Positions 1 through 9,527 of a DNA stretch of 49,795 bases are shown in pieces; within the stretch, counting starts at the first letter, position 1; each line of letters begins with the position of its first letter. The DNA is from a virus. The DNA lies in UHGV virus genome UHGV-0206958, one strand, 5' to 3'. A program made the position numbers and the translations under genes. The notes under the pieces were generated by a model, which ran no database searches, was not told the DNA's origin, and saw only the letters and a list, made by a program, of their open reading frames with translations.

Positions 1-1404
1 ATGCCTGATATTTCTACACCCAATCTGGACTATGGGAACATGGTCGAGGCGTGGGATATCAACGATGCCCTGATGGGCGGCACGCTCTATATGCGACAGC
101 TGGGCGAGCAATATCTACCGCGCTGGCCGAAAGAAGACAAAGAGGACTACAAAAAACGCCTCGCCGTGGCCACGCTTCTGCCAGCCTACGAAGAGACCAT
201 TAAGCAAAACATCGGGCGTGTATTCGCCGAGCCTATTAAGCTTGCCGAGAATGTGCCGGATCAGCTGCGAGAGTATGCGAAAAACTTCGACCTTGAGGGG
301 ACGCGCCTGGACGTATGGGCGCAGGCATTCTTCGGTCTGGCGATGCAGTATGGACTCTCCCACGCGCTGGTGGATTATCCCAGGGTGGACACCGAAAAGG
401 TGAAAACCAAAGCTGAAGAGAAAGCTACCGGCGCGCGCCCCTATGTCACCATGCTCAATCCACGCCAGGTAATTGGCTGGAAGTCGAAAATGGTGGACGG
501 CAAAGTGGTGCTGACTGCGCTGCGTATCAAAGAGGTTGTGGTCGAAGACGGCGACGACTTCGGGCAGACCAAGGTCGAGCAAATACGGTACCTGACACCT
601 GGAAAGGTGGAAATTTACCGCAAGGCCAAAGATGCTGACGGTGCCGCGAACTGGGCGCTATTCGAGGAGTGGCAGACATCCCGCCAGGATATCACTCTGG
701 TCACGCTCTACACCAAACGCACCGGGTTTATGTGTGGTTCACCTCCATTGCTCAATATGGCCCTGCTGAACATTAAGCACTGGCAGAGCCAGAGCGAGCA
801 GGACAACATTCTGCATGTCGCCCGGGTGCCGTTGCTCACGGTGTTCGGGCTGGAAGAGGGGCAAGAACTTGTGATTGGCTCATCCTCTGCCACTTCATTC
901 TCCGATCGGCAAAGGCAGGGGCTGGAATACGTCGAGCACACAGGTTCCTCCATCGGTGCCGGCAAAGAGTCGCTGGCAGAGCTGGTGGAGCAGATGCGAC
1001 AGGCGGGTGCGAAGCTGTTGCGCACCGAAAACACCTCTACCAAATCGGTAGACCAGACCTCTGAAGAGAAAATGCAGGAGCAGTCACCGCTCTACACCAT
1101 GGCTACCAGCCTTGAAGATGCGATCGACAACATTCTGCAAATCATGGCCGAGTACATCGGCGAGAAAGATGGTGGCAACGTTGATGTTCGCACTGAGCTG
1201 GATGTCGAATCGACCGTATTCAATCCGTCCGCCGCGCTTGCCATCCAGGCACTGCGCCAGGGTGGTGATATCCGTCGAGCTGATGCGATTAAATCGCTAC
1301 AGAAGTTGAACATTATTGATGCCGATGCGGATCCTGATGTGGTTCTGAGCGAACTGCTGGCTGAGTCCGCATCGCTGAGTGACCCGCCGCCGGGCGAGGT
1401 GTGA
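1..1404 (+). CDS. Portal protein (Mu gp29/DUF935-like)
   Basis: 467-aa ORF immediately downstream of terL in the circular map and followed by a Mu-F-like head morphogenesis gene. The size and position are typical of DUF935 portals. Confidence 0.75.
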   Translation: MPDISTPNLDYGNMVEAWDINDALMGGTLYMRQLGEQYLPRWPKEDKEDYKKRLAVATLLPAYEETIKQNIGRVFAEPIKLAENVPDQLREYAKNFDLEGTRLDVWAQAFFGLAMQYGLSHALVDYPRVDTEKVKTKAEEKATGARPYVTMLNPRQVIGWKSKMVDGKVVLTALRIKEVVVEDGDDFGQTKVEQIRYLTPGKVEIYRKAKDADGAANWALFEEWQTSRQDITLVTLYTKRTGFMCGSPPLLNMALLNIKHWQSQSEQDNILHVARVPLLTVFGLEEGQELVIGSSSATSFSDRQRQGLEYVEHTGSSIGAGKESLAELVEQMRQAGAKLLRTENTSTKSVDQTSEEKMQEQSPLYTMATSLEDAIDNILQIMAEYIGEKDGGNVDVRTELDVESTVFNPSAALAIQALRQGGDIRRADAIKSLQKLNIIDADADPDVVLSELLAESASLSDPPPGEV

Positions 1405-1405
1405 T

Positions 1406-2512
1406 ATGGCCCGCTCCGTTAACGAACGCCTGCAGGACGAAACGATAGCGCACGGCCTGTATGTAAACCGCTACGGTACTGGCGTCGCTCGTCGGATGGT
1501 GGCGCTGCTCAGCAAGATGGATGCTGACCTGGCTGCCAAACTGCTGGTGCTGCTGGATGGTAAGCGTGCCGATACCTACAGCGCTCGCCGCCTGGCTTCG
1601 CTGCTGGCTGGTGTGCGCGACCTGAATCAACAGGCCTATGAACCGGTGAATGCTGCGCTGGCACGTGAACTGACGCGCTACGTTGAATATGAGGTCGGTT
1701 ATCAGTTTGACCTTTTTAGCAGCATCATTCCGAAGCAGATCCTCAGGCATGTACCGCTCCAGAGCATCGCGCCTGAGCAGGTTTACGCCTCAGCAGTGAC
1801 TCAGCCATTCCAGGGGCGCTTGCTGAAGGAGTGGGGCCAGAAGCTTGAAACGGATCGGCTGGATAAAATCACCAACGCTGTGCGCACCGGTTTCCTTCAG
1901 GGTGAAACGGTAGATCAGATCGTTAAACGCGTTGCCGGAACGCCGAAACTCAATCGTGAGGATGGGGTGATTAACGCCTCCCGTCGCGACCTGGCGGTGG
2001 TGGCCCGCACGGCTGTAAATCACATGGCCGCTACTGCGCGTCAGGAGTTCGCACAGGGCAACAGCGATATCGTAAAGGCCAAACAGTGGTCCTCAACGCT
2101 GGACACTCATACCAGCCAGTGGTGCATTATCCGCGACCGAAAGCTTTACACGCTCGACGGCAAGCCGCTGGGGCATGAAATTCCGTATCTGCGCGGACCC
2201 GGCAAAATCCACTTTTGCTGCCGCTCCGGTGAAATCCTGATTACCAAATCGTGGGAAGAGATGCAGATAGCCTCTGGCGAACTGAGCACTGCCACACGCG
2301 CATCTATGTCGGGCCAAGTGCCTGCAGGGCTAAGCTTTGGTGAATGGCTGTTAAAGCAACCCTACGCACGAATGGAGCAAGTCCTTGGAGTGACCAGGGC
2401 TCAAATGCTTCGGGATGGAAAGATGCAGGTCCCGGACTTTTTTAATGATGCCGGGGAATTTCTCACCCTGGATGAACTGCGCCGCGTGGATGCCTCGGCG
2501 TTTGAGGGTTAA
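1406..2512 (+). CDS. Head morphogenesis protein (Mu F / SPP1 gp7 family)
   Basis: 368 aa starting MARSVNERLQD, with GAGGTG RBS 5 nt upstream. Its start overlaps the portal stop. The product resembles minor head / Mu F-like proteins. Confidence 0.75.
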   Translation: MARSVNERLQDETIAHGLYVNRYGTGVARRMVALLSKMDADLAAKLLVLLDGKRADTYSARRLASLLAGVRDLNQQAYEPVNAALARELTRYVEYEVGYQFDLFSSIIPKQILRHVPLQSIAPEQVYASAVTQPFQGRLLKEWGQKLETDRLDKITNAVRTGFLQGETVDQIVKRVAGTPKLNREDGVINASRRDLAVVARTAVNHMAATARQEFAQGNSDIVKAKQWSSTLDTHTSQWCIIRDRKLYTLDGKPLGHEIPYLRGPGKIHFCCRSGEILITKSWEEMQIASGELSTATRASMSGQVPAGLSFGEWLLKQPYARMEQVLGVTRAQMLRDGKMQVPDFFNDAGEFLTLDELRRVDASAFEG

Positions 2513-2514
2513 CC

Positions 2515-2658
2515 ATGCAAACTGAGAAAGACAAAACTGTCACCCTGACCGAGGCTGAGCGCAAATTCATCATGATTGCGATGATTGCCTATGCCTTATC
2601 TGGTGAGCCGTCAGAAGAAGACGCAAAAATCGCAGAGCAAATAATCAATAAGCTCTGA
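2515..2658 (+). CDS. Small hypothetical head-module protein (47 aa)
   Basis: ATG preceded by a GAGGG RBS, and followed by an intrinsic terminator. It is below the 60-aa cutoff of the ORF track. Confidence 0.4.
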   Translation: MQTEKDKTVTLTEAERKFIMIAMIAYALSGEPSEEDAKIAEQIINKL

Positions 2659-2679
2659 GCATTACAACATTCAACTCAA

Positions 2680-2705
2680 GGCTGCCTTCGGGCGGCTTTT
2701 TTTAT
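2680..2705 (+). terminator. Rho-independent terminator
   Basis: Hairpin GCTGCC-TTCG-GGCGGC followed by T8. Confidence 0.6.
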
Positions 2706-2784
2706 GCCTGCCGCTAAGCGGATGCGACGCGGTGACCGGGTCGGATGACCTATTACCAATGGCCGGAAGGCTGGAGCAAAAACA

Positions 2785-3537
2785 ATGAAACTGAAACTTG
2801 ATGCTAACGGAAATGTGGTCGTTGAAAACGGTATGCCTGTGTACATCCATGATGATGGCAAAGAAATCCCGTTCGACGCAGCCGCAGCGATGACCAAAAT
2901 CACCTCCCTGAATGGTGAGGCGAAAACTCACCGTGAAGCGAAGGAGGCGGCGGAAGCCAGTCTCGCGAAATTCTCTGGCATCACCGATCCGACCAAGGCG
3001 CTCGAAGCCCTGGAGATGATGACCAAAATCGACCAGAAAAAACTGATCGACGCTGGCGCTGTTGACCAGGTAAAAGCTGAGATCACCAAGGTCTTCCAGC
3101 AGCAGCTGGACGAAGCGAACGGAAAAACTCAGCAACTGGAAAGCCAACTGTACGACGAGATGATTGGCGGGCGCTTCGGTGGCTCCAAATTCATCTCCGA
3201 GAAGATGGCGATCCCGAGCGAGTTCGTGCGTTCGTACTTCGGGCAGAACTTCAAAATCGAAGACGGCAAGGTAGTGGCTTACGACGGCCAGGGCAATAAG
3301 GTGTTCTCCCGCACCAAACCCGGCGAGCTGGCCAGCTTCGATGAAGCGCTGGAATCTCTGGTCGAGTCGCACCCGCAGAAAGACTACATCCTCAAAGCGT
3401 CCGGCAACAGCGGCGGTGGTTCTCACCAGTCGCAGCATCAGGCCGGGCAGAAAACCATGAAACGCGCTGCTTTTGACGCCCTGCCACCAGCTGAACAACA
3501 GGCTGCGATTGGCGGCGGCACGAGCATCGTTGATTAA
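2785..3537 (+). CDS. Head scaffolding protein
   Basis: 250-aa, helical, charged protein directly upstream of the major capsid gene. RBS GGAGCAAAAACAATG. Confidence 0.6.
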   Translation: MKLKLDANGNVVVENGMPVYIHDDGKEIPFDAAAAMTKITSLNGEAKTHREAKEAAEASLAKFSGITDPTKALEALEMMTKIDQKKLIDAGAVDQVKAEITKVFQQQLDEANGKTQQLESQLYDEMIGGRFGGSKFISEKMAIPSEFVRSYFGQNFKIEDGKVVAYDGQGNKVFSRTKPGELASFDEALESLVESHPQKDYILKASGNSGGGSHQSQHQAGQKTMKRAAFDALPPAEQQAAIGGGTSIVD

Positions 3538-3553
3538 TCGAAAGGAAAAATAA

Positions 3554-4690
3554 ATGTCCAACACTTTGACTGGCCTGATCCCGACCATCTACACGGCACT
3601 GAACCGCGTATCCCGTGAGCAGGTGGGATTTATCCCGGCGGTGGCCCGTAACGCTAAAGCCGATGCCGCGGCCAAAGACCAAACCGTGACCGCACCGGTA
3701 GCACCAAAAACCACCACCGTTGATATCACTCCGGCGGCAACCGCGCCAAACGACGGTGATCAGAACATTGGTACCGTGGACGTGAAAATCACCAAATCCA
3801 AAATGGCCCCGGTCAAATGGAATGGTGAAGAGCAGCTTGCCATCGGACCATCAGGCACTTATGACGTTGTCCTGGCTGACCAGTTTTCTCAGGCGTTCCG
3901 CGCACTGAGCAACGAAATGGATGCTGACCTGGCATCGCTGGCTTATAAGTCTTCCCGCGCTGTTGGTGCTCCAAAAGATACACCGTTCAGTGTCAAAGAC
4001 GACCTGTCTGATGCGGCGAACGCTCGGCAGGTGCTGACTGATAACGGCGCACCAACCACTGACCTGCGCATGGTACTGGGCGGCGAAGCGATGGCGTCAA
4101 TCCGTGGTAAACAGTCCGTACTGTTCAAAGCGAACGAAGCCGGTACCGATCAGCTGCTGCGTGAAGGCATCATTGGTCGTGTGATGGGCTTTAACCTGCA
4201 CGAATCCGCCAACATCAAGCGCACCGCGAAAAGCACGGCGGCGGGCTATAAGGTCAATGGCGAGAAGAAAGAGGGCGACATCATTATTGCTATCTCTGCT
4301 GGTACTGGTGGTATTGCTGCCGGGACCGCAGTGAAGTTCGATGGCGATGACAACCAGTACATGGTCGTAGCGGCAACCTCTTCGACTATCACCATCGGCG
4401 CACCTGGCCTGCGTCAGGATCTGGCAGATCAGGCAACTGTCACTGTGCTGAGCGAGTTCGTGCCAAACGTTGCCTTTGACCGTAACGCATTCCTGCTGGC
4501 TTGCCGTACTCCGGCCATGCCAAAAGGCGGCGATACCGCTGACGACGTGATGAACGTAACCGATCCGGTCTCTGGTATTACCTTCCAGATCGCGCTGTAC
4601 CGCCAGTACCGTCAGGTGCGTTACGAGGTTGGTGTGGCGTGGGGTGTGGCCTCCGTTCAGCCTGAACATTCCACCATCATCATGGGTTAA
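3554..4690 (+). CDS. Major capsid protein
   Basis: 378 aa, follows the scaffold gene, RBS AAAGGAAAAATAAATG. It is a typical E/HK97-fold coat protein of lambdoid prophages, with a G/A/T-rich composition. Confidence 0.8.
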   Translation: MSNTLTGLIPTIYTALNRVSREQVGFIPAVARNAKADAAAKDQTVTAPVAPKTTTVDITPAATAPNDGDQNIGTVDVKITKSKMAPVKWNGEEQLAIGPSGTYDVVLADQFSQAFRALSNEMDADLASLAYKSSRAVGAPKDTPFSVKDDLSDAANARQVLTDNGAPTTDLRMVLGGEAMASIRGKQSVLFKANEAGTDQLLREGIIGRVMGFNLHESANIKRTAKSTAAGYKVNGEKKEGDIIIAISAGTGGIAAGTAVKFDGDDNQYMVVAATSSTITIGAPGLRQDLADQATVTVLSEFVPNVAFDRNAFLLACRTPAMPKGGDTADDVMNVTDPVSGITFQIALYRQYRQVRYEVGVAWGVASVQPEHSTIIMG

Positions 4691-4691
4691 C

Positions 4692-4713
4692 CCAGGGGGC
4701 TTCGGCCCCTTTG
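4692..4713 (+). terminator. Hairpin or partial terminator after the capsid gene
   Basis: AGGGGGC-TTCG-GCCCCTTTG with a weak T-run. It could act as an mRNA stabiliser or partial terminator. Confidence 0.35.
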
Positions 4714-4729
4714 TAATTCAGGAGGCCCG

Positions 4730-4975
4730 ATGGCCGGATTAACAAAAGAGCAGCGCGCGCAGCGTGAAGCGGAAAAGCTTGCAGCTCAGCAGACCGCTGA
4801 TAATAACCCTGCCCAGCAGGAACAGCAGCAGGAACAGCAGCAGGAACAGCAGGGTATTGAGCTGGTGGTCATGGTTCGCGACATCCCAGAATTCCCAGGC
4901 GGCCCGCTGCGCGCAGATGTTCATCCTGACGAAGTGAATAACTGGCTGGCGCTGGACTGGCGTCTGGAGGAATAA
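4730..4975 (+). CDS. Small head-associated protein with a QQEQ tandem repeat
   Basis: 81 aa, RBS AGGAGG. Contains a 12-nt unit (cagcaggaacag) repeated three times. Confidence 0.5.
   Translation: MAGLTKEQRAQREAEKLAAQQTADNNPAQQEQQQEQQQEQQGIELVVMVRDIPEFPGGPLRADVHPDEVNNWLALDWRLEE
4814..4849 (+). repeat. Perfect 12-nt tandem repeat x3 (cagcaggaacag) encoding (QQEQ)3
   Basis: Direct reading of the sequence. Confidence 0.9.
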
Positions 4976-4977
4976 CC

Positions 4978-5460
4978 ATGCTGGTTGCCGATCCCCATTC
5001 GCCGGACTTTAACAGCTACGCCAGCGTGTCCGACCTGCGGGTCTTTGCCGCCGCGCGCGGATACACCATTCCTGCCGAAGATGGCGAGTGTAGCCAGATG
5101 CTGATGCAGTCGATGGACTTTCTGGAAGGAAGGACCTGGCGTGGTCAGCGCTCCAGCGCATCTCAGCCTCTATCCTGGCCGCGCTCCGGCGTACGCTTCG
5201 ATGGTGTGGACCTGCCGGATGATGCTATTCCACAGCGCCTGATTGATGCCCAATGCCGCCTGGCTATCGAGTCGCAGGAGATTGACCTCACGCCGTCGGT
5301 CTCCGGTGGCGGCGCGGTCATAGCTGAGAGCGTACAGGGGGCGGTCTCTGTGCAGTACGAGCCGGGAACGAATAAGGCTACTCCATCATTCCCCTGGTTC
5401 TATTCCTCGCTGCGCGGGCTTGTGGTCGGCGGCAACCAGGTCCGGATCGAAAGGGGGTAG
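4978..5460 (+). CDS. Head-tail connector/adaptor protein (gp6-like)
   Basis: 160 aa, placed right after the capsid block. Its start overlaps the upstream stop (TAACCATG). Confidence 0.45.
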   Translation: MLVADPHSPDFNSYASVSDLRVFAAARGYTIPAEDGECSQMLMQSMDFLEGRTWRGQRSSASQPLSWPRSGVRFDGVDLPDDAIPQRLIDAQCRLAIESQEIDLTPSVSGGGAVIAESVQGAVSVQYEPGTNKATPSFPWFYSSLRGLVVGGNQVRIERG

Positions 5461-5461
5461 C

Positions 5462-5815
5462 ATGGCAATCGACTATCGCCGCATGCGCGCCACGGCAACG
5501 CGGCTGCTGACGGAGAACGGCAAAGCCTACCAACTGACTCGCGGAGGTACTACCACCCGCGATCAGTACGGGAAAGAGGTTATCACCGAGCCAATTACAG
5601 CGACCGTTACCGGCGTTATCACCGAATACTCCACGCGTGAAATCGACGGTTCACTGATTGCTACGGGCGATAAGAAACTGGCGGCCACGTTTGAAACGGA
5701 AGTGCGCATTGGCGACCTCATTGATATCGACGGCAAAAAATGGCGCGTAGTTCAGCCGAATCCGGTTAAGCCCGCAGACGTGCTGATTTCCTATAACATC
5801 CAGCTGAGGACCTGA
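5462..5815 (+). CDS. Head closure / head-tail joining protein
   Basis: 117 aa, RBS AAGGGGG. Assigned by position. Confidence 0.4.
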   Translation: MAIDYRRMRATATRLLTENGKAYQLTRGGTTTRDQYGKEVITEPITATVTGVITEYSTREIDGSLIATGDKKLAATFETEVRIGDLIDIDGKKWRVVQPNPVKPADVLISYNIQLRT

Positions 5816-5817
5816 TT

Positions 5818-6417
5818 ATGACCAGTTCTGCAAATCAGCCGTTTCTGGCTGCCATTCAGTTGTTCGTAGATGGTTCAAAGCAGGAGATTGAGGAGGCGGT
5901 CCGCCGGACGGGTATCAAAATACTCGGGCGGTTGGTGGACATGTCACCTGTCGGGCAGCCAGAAATCTGGCAGGTAAACCAGACGGCATCAGCCTATAAC
6001 ACCGCCGTGCGAGAGCATAATGCGGCGCTACGTGATGATCCGGCCAACCTTACAAAAGCAGGGCGGCTCAGGCGAGGCCTGCGTGTCAACGATTCGATGG
6101 ACATCAAAAAGCCAGAGGGTTATGTCGGCGGGCGATTCAAAAATAACTGGTATGTGGGGCTCGACAGCCAGCCTACAGCGACGAACGATACCCCAGATGC
6201 TTCCGGGCAGGGTTCCAACTCCCGCGGGCTGGCGGTGCTCGAAGTATTTCGGGTGGGGCAGGTGAACTCGATTTACTTTACCAATAACCTGCCATATGCC
6301 CAGGCGCTGGAGAATGGTCATTCGAATCAGGCGCCCGGCGGCATGGTCGGACTGACCGCATTGGATGCTGCGCAATATTTCCGAGAGGCAATGAGCGAGG
6401 TACGCAATGGTCGGTGA
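5818..6417 (+). CDS. Tail completion / neck protein (HK97 gp10-like)
   Basis: 199 aa, ATG overlaps the previous stop (TGATTATG). Assigned by position. Confidence 0.4.
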   Translation: MTSSANQPFLAAIQLFVDGSKQEIEEAVRRTGIKILGRLVDMSPVGQPEIWQVNQTASAYNTAVREHNAALRDDPANLTKAGRLRRGLRVNDSMDIKKPEGYVGGRFKNNWYVGLDSQPTATNDTPDASGQGSNSRGLAVLEVFRVGQVNSIYFTNNLPYAQALENGHSNQAPGGMVGLTALDAAQYFREAMSEVRNGR

Positions 6418-6853
6418 TCAGTCCATGCGAATAGCTGACCTGCTGGAGAGCCGGGTAGCCATAATCTCGGCCTCTCTCGGCTTGCCGATCGCATGGCCGA
6501 ATATCGTATTTGATCCACCGGATGCGCCATACGCCCGTGTTTATGTTTTACCTGCACAAACTGTAGGTCAGGACATAGAAGGTCTGATGCGTACCTATCA
6601 GGGGATCTTGCAGGTAAACATCATTACTCCCGCAGGCTCAGGCGTGAGCCAGGCAAGAGGGCTGGCCCAGTCGGTGGCAGATGCATTCCCTGAAGGACTG
6701 CCGCTGGTGGACGGTGATCTGACGGTTTACATCAACGGGCCGCCGCAGGTGAGACAATCCATCCAGGACCGGCCAGCCTCGGCGCCCAACGGGTCCAGTG
6801 GCTCCATAACCTACACCATTCCCGTCAGCATGCAGTATCGCGCTGACTACTGA
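6407..6853 (+). CDS. Tail terminator protein (gpU-like)
   Basis: 148 aa, immediately upstream of the major tail gene. Confidence 0.4.
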   Translation: MVGDQSMRIADLLESRVAIISASLGLPIAWPNIVFDPPDAPYARVYVLPAQTVGQDIEGLMRTYQGILQVNIITPAGSGVSQARGLAQSVADAFPEGLPLVDGDLTVYINGPPQVRQSIQDRPASAPNGSSGSITYTIPVSMQYRADY

Positions 6854-6876
6854 CCCGCCAGAAGGCGGGTTTTTTA
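6854..6876 (+). terminator. Rho-independent terminator (CCCGCC-AGAA-GGCGGG-T5)
   Basis: Perfect 6-bp GC stem followed by TTTTT. Confidence 0.6.
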
Positions 6877-6899
6877 TTACCTAAATTCAGGAGAGTGCT

Positions 6900-7832
6900 A
6901 TGGCATTCGCAATCCCTAACGGCTCGCGTGTGAACGTGGCCAAGGCCTATCAAGCCCCGATCACCTTTACCGCAGCCTCTAACGCGACGGAATGCGAACT
7001 GACCGTTGCATCGGCCTCCGGCATTCTGGCTGGTGACGTAGTTCAGGTGAGTTCCGGCTGGTTAAAGCTCGATAACATGGTGCTGCGCGTAAAATCGGTG
7101 ACCAGTAATAAAATCGTGCTGGAAGCATTCGATACTACCGACACCACCAAATTCCCGGCAGGCACTGGCGCGGGCACGCTGCGCAAAATCGACTCATGGA
7201 TCACCATGCCTCAGGTGATGACACTATCAACTGAAGGCGGTGACCAGCAGACCATCAGCGTGCAGTTCCTGGAAGATGACAAAGCGCGAACCATCCCAAC
7301 ATTTAAAAACGCGGTGGTTCAGGTTTACACCTTTGCGCATGACCCTCAACTGGCGATCTACAAACGCCTCATTGACCTGGATGACTCCAGCGATACAACG
7401 GCGGTCTGGTTCCATAACCCACGCGGCAAAGCCGATCGTTTCTACTCAGCCAAAGTATCGTTCCAGCGCGTACCGCGCACGGAAATCAACGCCGTGGAAA
7501 GTAACGAGGCGCGCATGAACTTCGAATCGGACATGCAGATTTACCCGATCGCCGATTCATCCGTGACGCCGCTGGCGTTCCTGACCGACCTGCCGGCCAC
7601 CAAGTCCGTTGCCACAGGCGCAGCGCTGGATCTGGCAGTGGTAATGAAGGGCGGCTCAGCACCTTACACCTACGTTTGGAAGAAAGGCAGCACCGCTATT
7701 CCGGGCAAAACCGCATCGACGCTCAACATTTCGTCCGTCGTGTCCGGGGATGCTGGCGTTTACACCTGTGAAGTCACCGACGCCGCGGGCAAAACCATCA
7801 CCTCTACTGCGTGTACTGTCACGGTCAGCTAA
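6900..7832 (+). CDS. Major tail protein with C-terminal Ig-like domain
   Basis: 310 aa, RBS AGGAGAG. The C-terminal roughly 90 aa (YTYVWKKGS...GVYTCEVTD...CTVTVS) is an I-set/Big-like Ig fold, as seen in lambda gpV-type tail tube proteins. Confidence 0.8.
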   Translation: MAFAIPNGSRVNVAKAYQAPITFTAASNATECELTVASASGILAGDVVQVSSGWLKLDNMVLRVKSVTSNKIVLEAFDTTDTTKFPAGTGAGTLRKIDSWITMPQVMTLSTEGGDQQTISVQFLEDDKARTIPTFKNAVVQVYTFAHDPQLAIYKRLIDLDDSSDTTAVWFHNPRGKADRFYSAKVSFQRVPRTEINAVESNEARMNFESDMQIYPIADSSVTPLAFLTDLPATKSVATGAALDLAVVMKGGSAPYTYVWKKGSTAIPGKTASTLNISSVVSGDAGVYTCEVTDAAGKTITSTACTVTVS

Positions 7833-7839
7833 CCAATCA

Positions 7840-7866
7840 GGCCCGGTAAGCCGGGCTTTTTTTTGG
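7840..7866 (+). terminator. Rho-independent terminator
   Basis: GCCCGG-TAA-GCCGGGC followed by T8. Confidence 0.65.
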
Positions 7867-7874
7867 AGTAACCC

Positions 7875-8210
7875 ATGAGCGGAACAATTGAGATTAGTGA
7901 GGTTGGGATGACAGTCAATATGGCTGGTGGCGGGAAAATAGTTATCGGCAATTGGGGTGATGGCCCAGTAAATACAATAACCGCTCGGCCACCCCTTACC
8001 CCGGAAGAGGGGCTTTACGGTCACGGGCTATGTCTCCTGCCTGATGGATGGGAAGATCTAAGCGGTGATGGACACTGGCAACATCACCTCACTAAATCTT
8101 TGCGTCATCTTTGGCCGTCGTTCAGCAGGGAACAGAAGATGGCTATCGCTTACTCCATCAGCGAACTGTCAGATGAGCTGACGAACACCGCATACGAAGG
8201 CTCCAGGTAA
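7875..8210 (+). CDS. Hypothetical protein
   Basis: 111 aa, with GGAG RBS. Confidence 0.4.
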   Translation: MSGTIEISEVGMTVNMAGGGKIVIGNWGDGPVNTITARPPLTPEEGLYGHGLCLLPDGWEDLSGDGHWQHHLTKSLRHLWPSFSREQKMAIAYSISELSDELTNTAYEGSR

Positions 8211-8258
8211 AAACACATCTGCGCATCGCACGCGCACATCGAAGAAAGTCTTTCAGCT

Positions 8259-8312
8259 GTGAGCCTGGGCAAACCGTTAACTTTCGGCGGATTTGCCGTG
8301 CGACAGGCTCAC
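8259..8312 (+). other. Nested stem-loop in the 5' leader of the next gene
   Basis: GTGAGCCTG ... CAGGCTCAC outer stem with an inner GGCAAA/TTTGCC stem. No T-run follows. Confidence 0.4.
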
Positions 8313-8331
8313 GTCTAAAAGGAAAATTAAA

Positions 8332-9123
8332 ATGTCAGAACCTTCAATCGTCCCTTATGTAAAAACCACTCCCAAACCTTTTGGTGTGGACGTCGAATGG
8401 AAATGGCCGGGTGGCTGCGCGGTGCTAGAACTGCAATGCCTTCATGAAGATGGCCGACTTATGAAAGAACGCATCTTCTGGCCAGCTACCGTATGCCTTA
8501 TTTCCGGCCTCAAAGCTGGTGAGAGATTGCAGGTGCGCCTGCGTCCAATTGCAGAAGATGGCTCAGCACGAGATTGGCGAGCCGGTGACTGGATCGAAGG
8601 GGTTTCTTCTGTCGATACCGAAGAGATTATTGAGGCGCTGGACGAAGAGATCCGTAACAGCTGCGCACTTCATGGCCTTAAAGGTGGCTGGTTTGTTGAT
8701 AAAACCGGCAAGGCTTACATCCACGAGGCGCTGATCGGCAATGGCACATTGTCTACGAACTACAGCGTGAAGATGAACGTGGATTATGGTGGCAAACGGT
8801 ACGCAGCTGGCATGACCCTCGGAGTTGAAGACGGCCAGAGCAAGGTAGAGTTTAAAGCTGATCGCTTTAAGGTACATGAAGCCGCTTCATCCATTATTGA
8901 AAACGCCGTGGCATCAGCCACGAAGGCGAAGATTTCTCTCTGTGAAGAAATGGAACAGGCCATCATTGATGCCGTGCGTGAAAGCGATTTGTTCGCAGCC
9001 CTCCAGGAAAAGATTGATGCGCAAACAGCGTCAGTAGCTGGCCTGCAACAGGCGATGAACGAAGCGGTCACCAATGCTATTAAAAACGCGCTGAAGCCCG
9101 GTGGCCTGCTTTACAACCGTTAA
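8332..9123 (+). CDS. Tail-associated protein sharing a motif with the distal part of gpJ
   Basis: 263 aa from ATG 8332 (the ORF track uses a TTG at 8293). The motif YGGKRYAAGMTLGVEDGQS...KADRF matches J's NGKQYAAGMGIGVEN...LADRF, and A-IGNGT matches J's A-IGEGT. Confidence 0.5.
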   Translation: MSEPSIVPYVKTTPKPFGVDVEWKWPGGCAVLELQCLHEDGRLMKERIFWPATVCLISGLKAGERLQVRLRPIAEDGSARDWRAGDWIEGVSSVDTEEIIEALDEEIRNSCALHGLKGGWFVDKTGKAYIHEALIGNGTLSTNYSVKMNVDYGGKRYAAGMTLGVEDGQSKVEFKADRFKVHEAASSIIENAVASATKAKISLCEEMEQAIIDAVRESDLFAALQEKIDAQTASVAGLQQAMNEAVTNAIKNALKPGGLLYNR

Positions 9124-9149
9124 CCTCCCATCACGCACTCGAATACTCG

Positions 9150-9172
9150 ACCCGCTCCGGCGGGTTTTTCAT
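9150..9172 (+). terminator. Rho-independent terminator (CCCGC-TCCG-GCGGG-T5)
   Basis: Hairpin followed by a T-run. Confidence 0.6.
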
Positions 9173-9188
9173 TTTCTAAGGAACCGAA

Positions 9189-9527
9189 ATGACCAAATTT
9201 TCTCTGAACCCCAACCCAACTTTTTCTGTGACCGCGAGCATTCCGCGTGCTGGAGCCGAAGACGGCAAGCTGACGTTCACCTTCCGCCATAAGACACTGG
9301 AAGAGCTGCGCTCTATGGACGAAAAGCTGCAAAAGGCCGCTGAAGGTAAAAAGGCTGCTATCGAGCCGCAGGCCGACTACCTCATGGACATTGTCGAAGG
9401 ATGGGCACTGCCGGACGAGTTCAACCGCGAAAACGTTATTGTCCTTCTGCGGAACTATCCACGCGCGTTCGACAGCATCGGTCTGGCATACACCAAAGAG
9501 CTGATGGGTATCCGCGAAAAAAACTGA
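9189..9527 (+). CDS. Tail assembly chaperone (gpG-like)
   Basis: 112 aa, immediately upstream of the tape-measure gene. Ends at an A7 slippery run. Confidence 0.7.
   Translation: MTKFSLNPNPTFSVTASIPRAGAEDGKLTFTFRHKTLEELRSMDEKLQKAAEGKKAAIEPQADYLMDIVEGWALPDEFNRENVIVLLRNYPRAFDSIGLAYTKELMGIREKN

Noticed and set aside
2671-3588. 305-aa minus-strand ORF
   Set aside because: It is entirely antisense to the scaffold gene in a GC-rich region. The coding-like composition is explained by the plus-strand gene.
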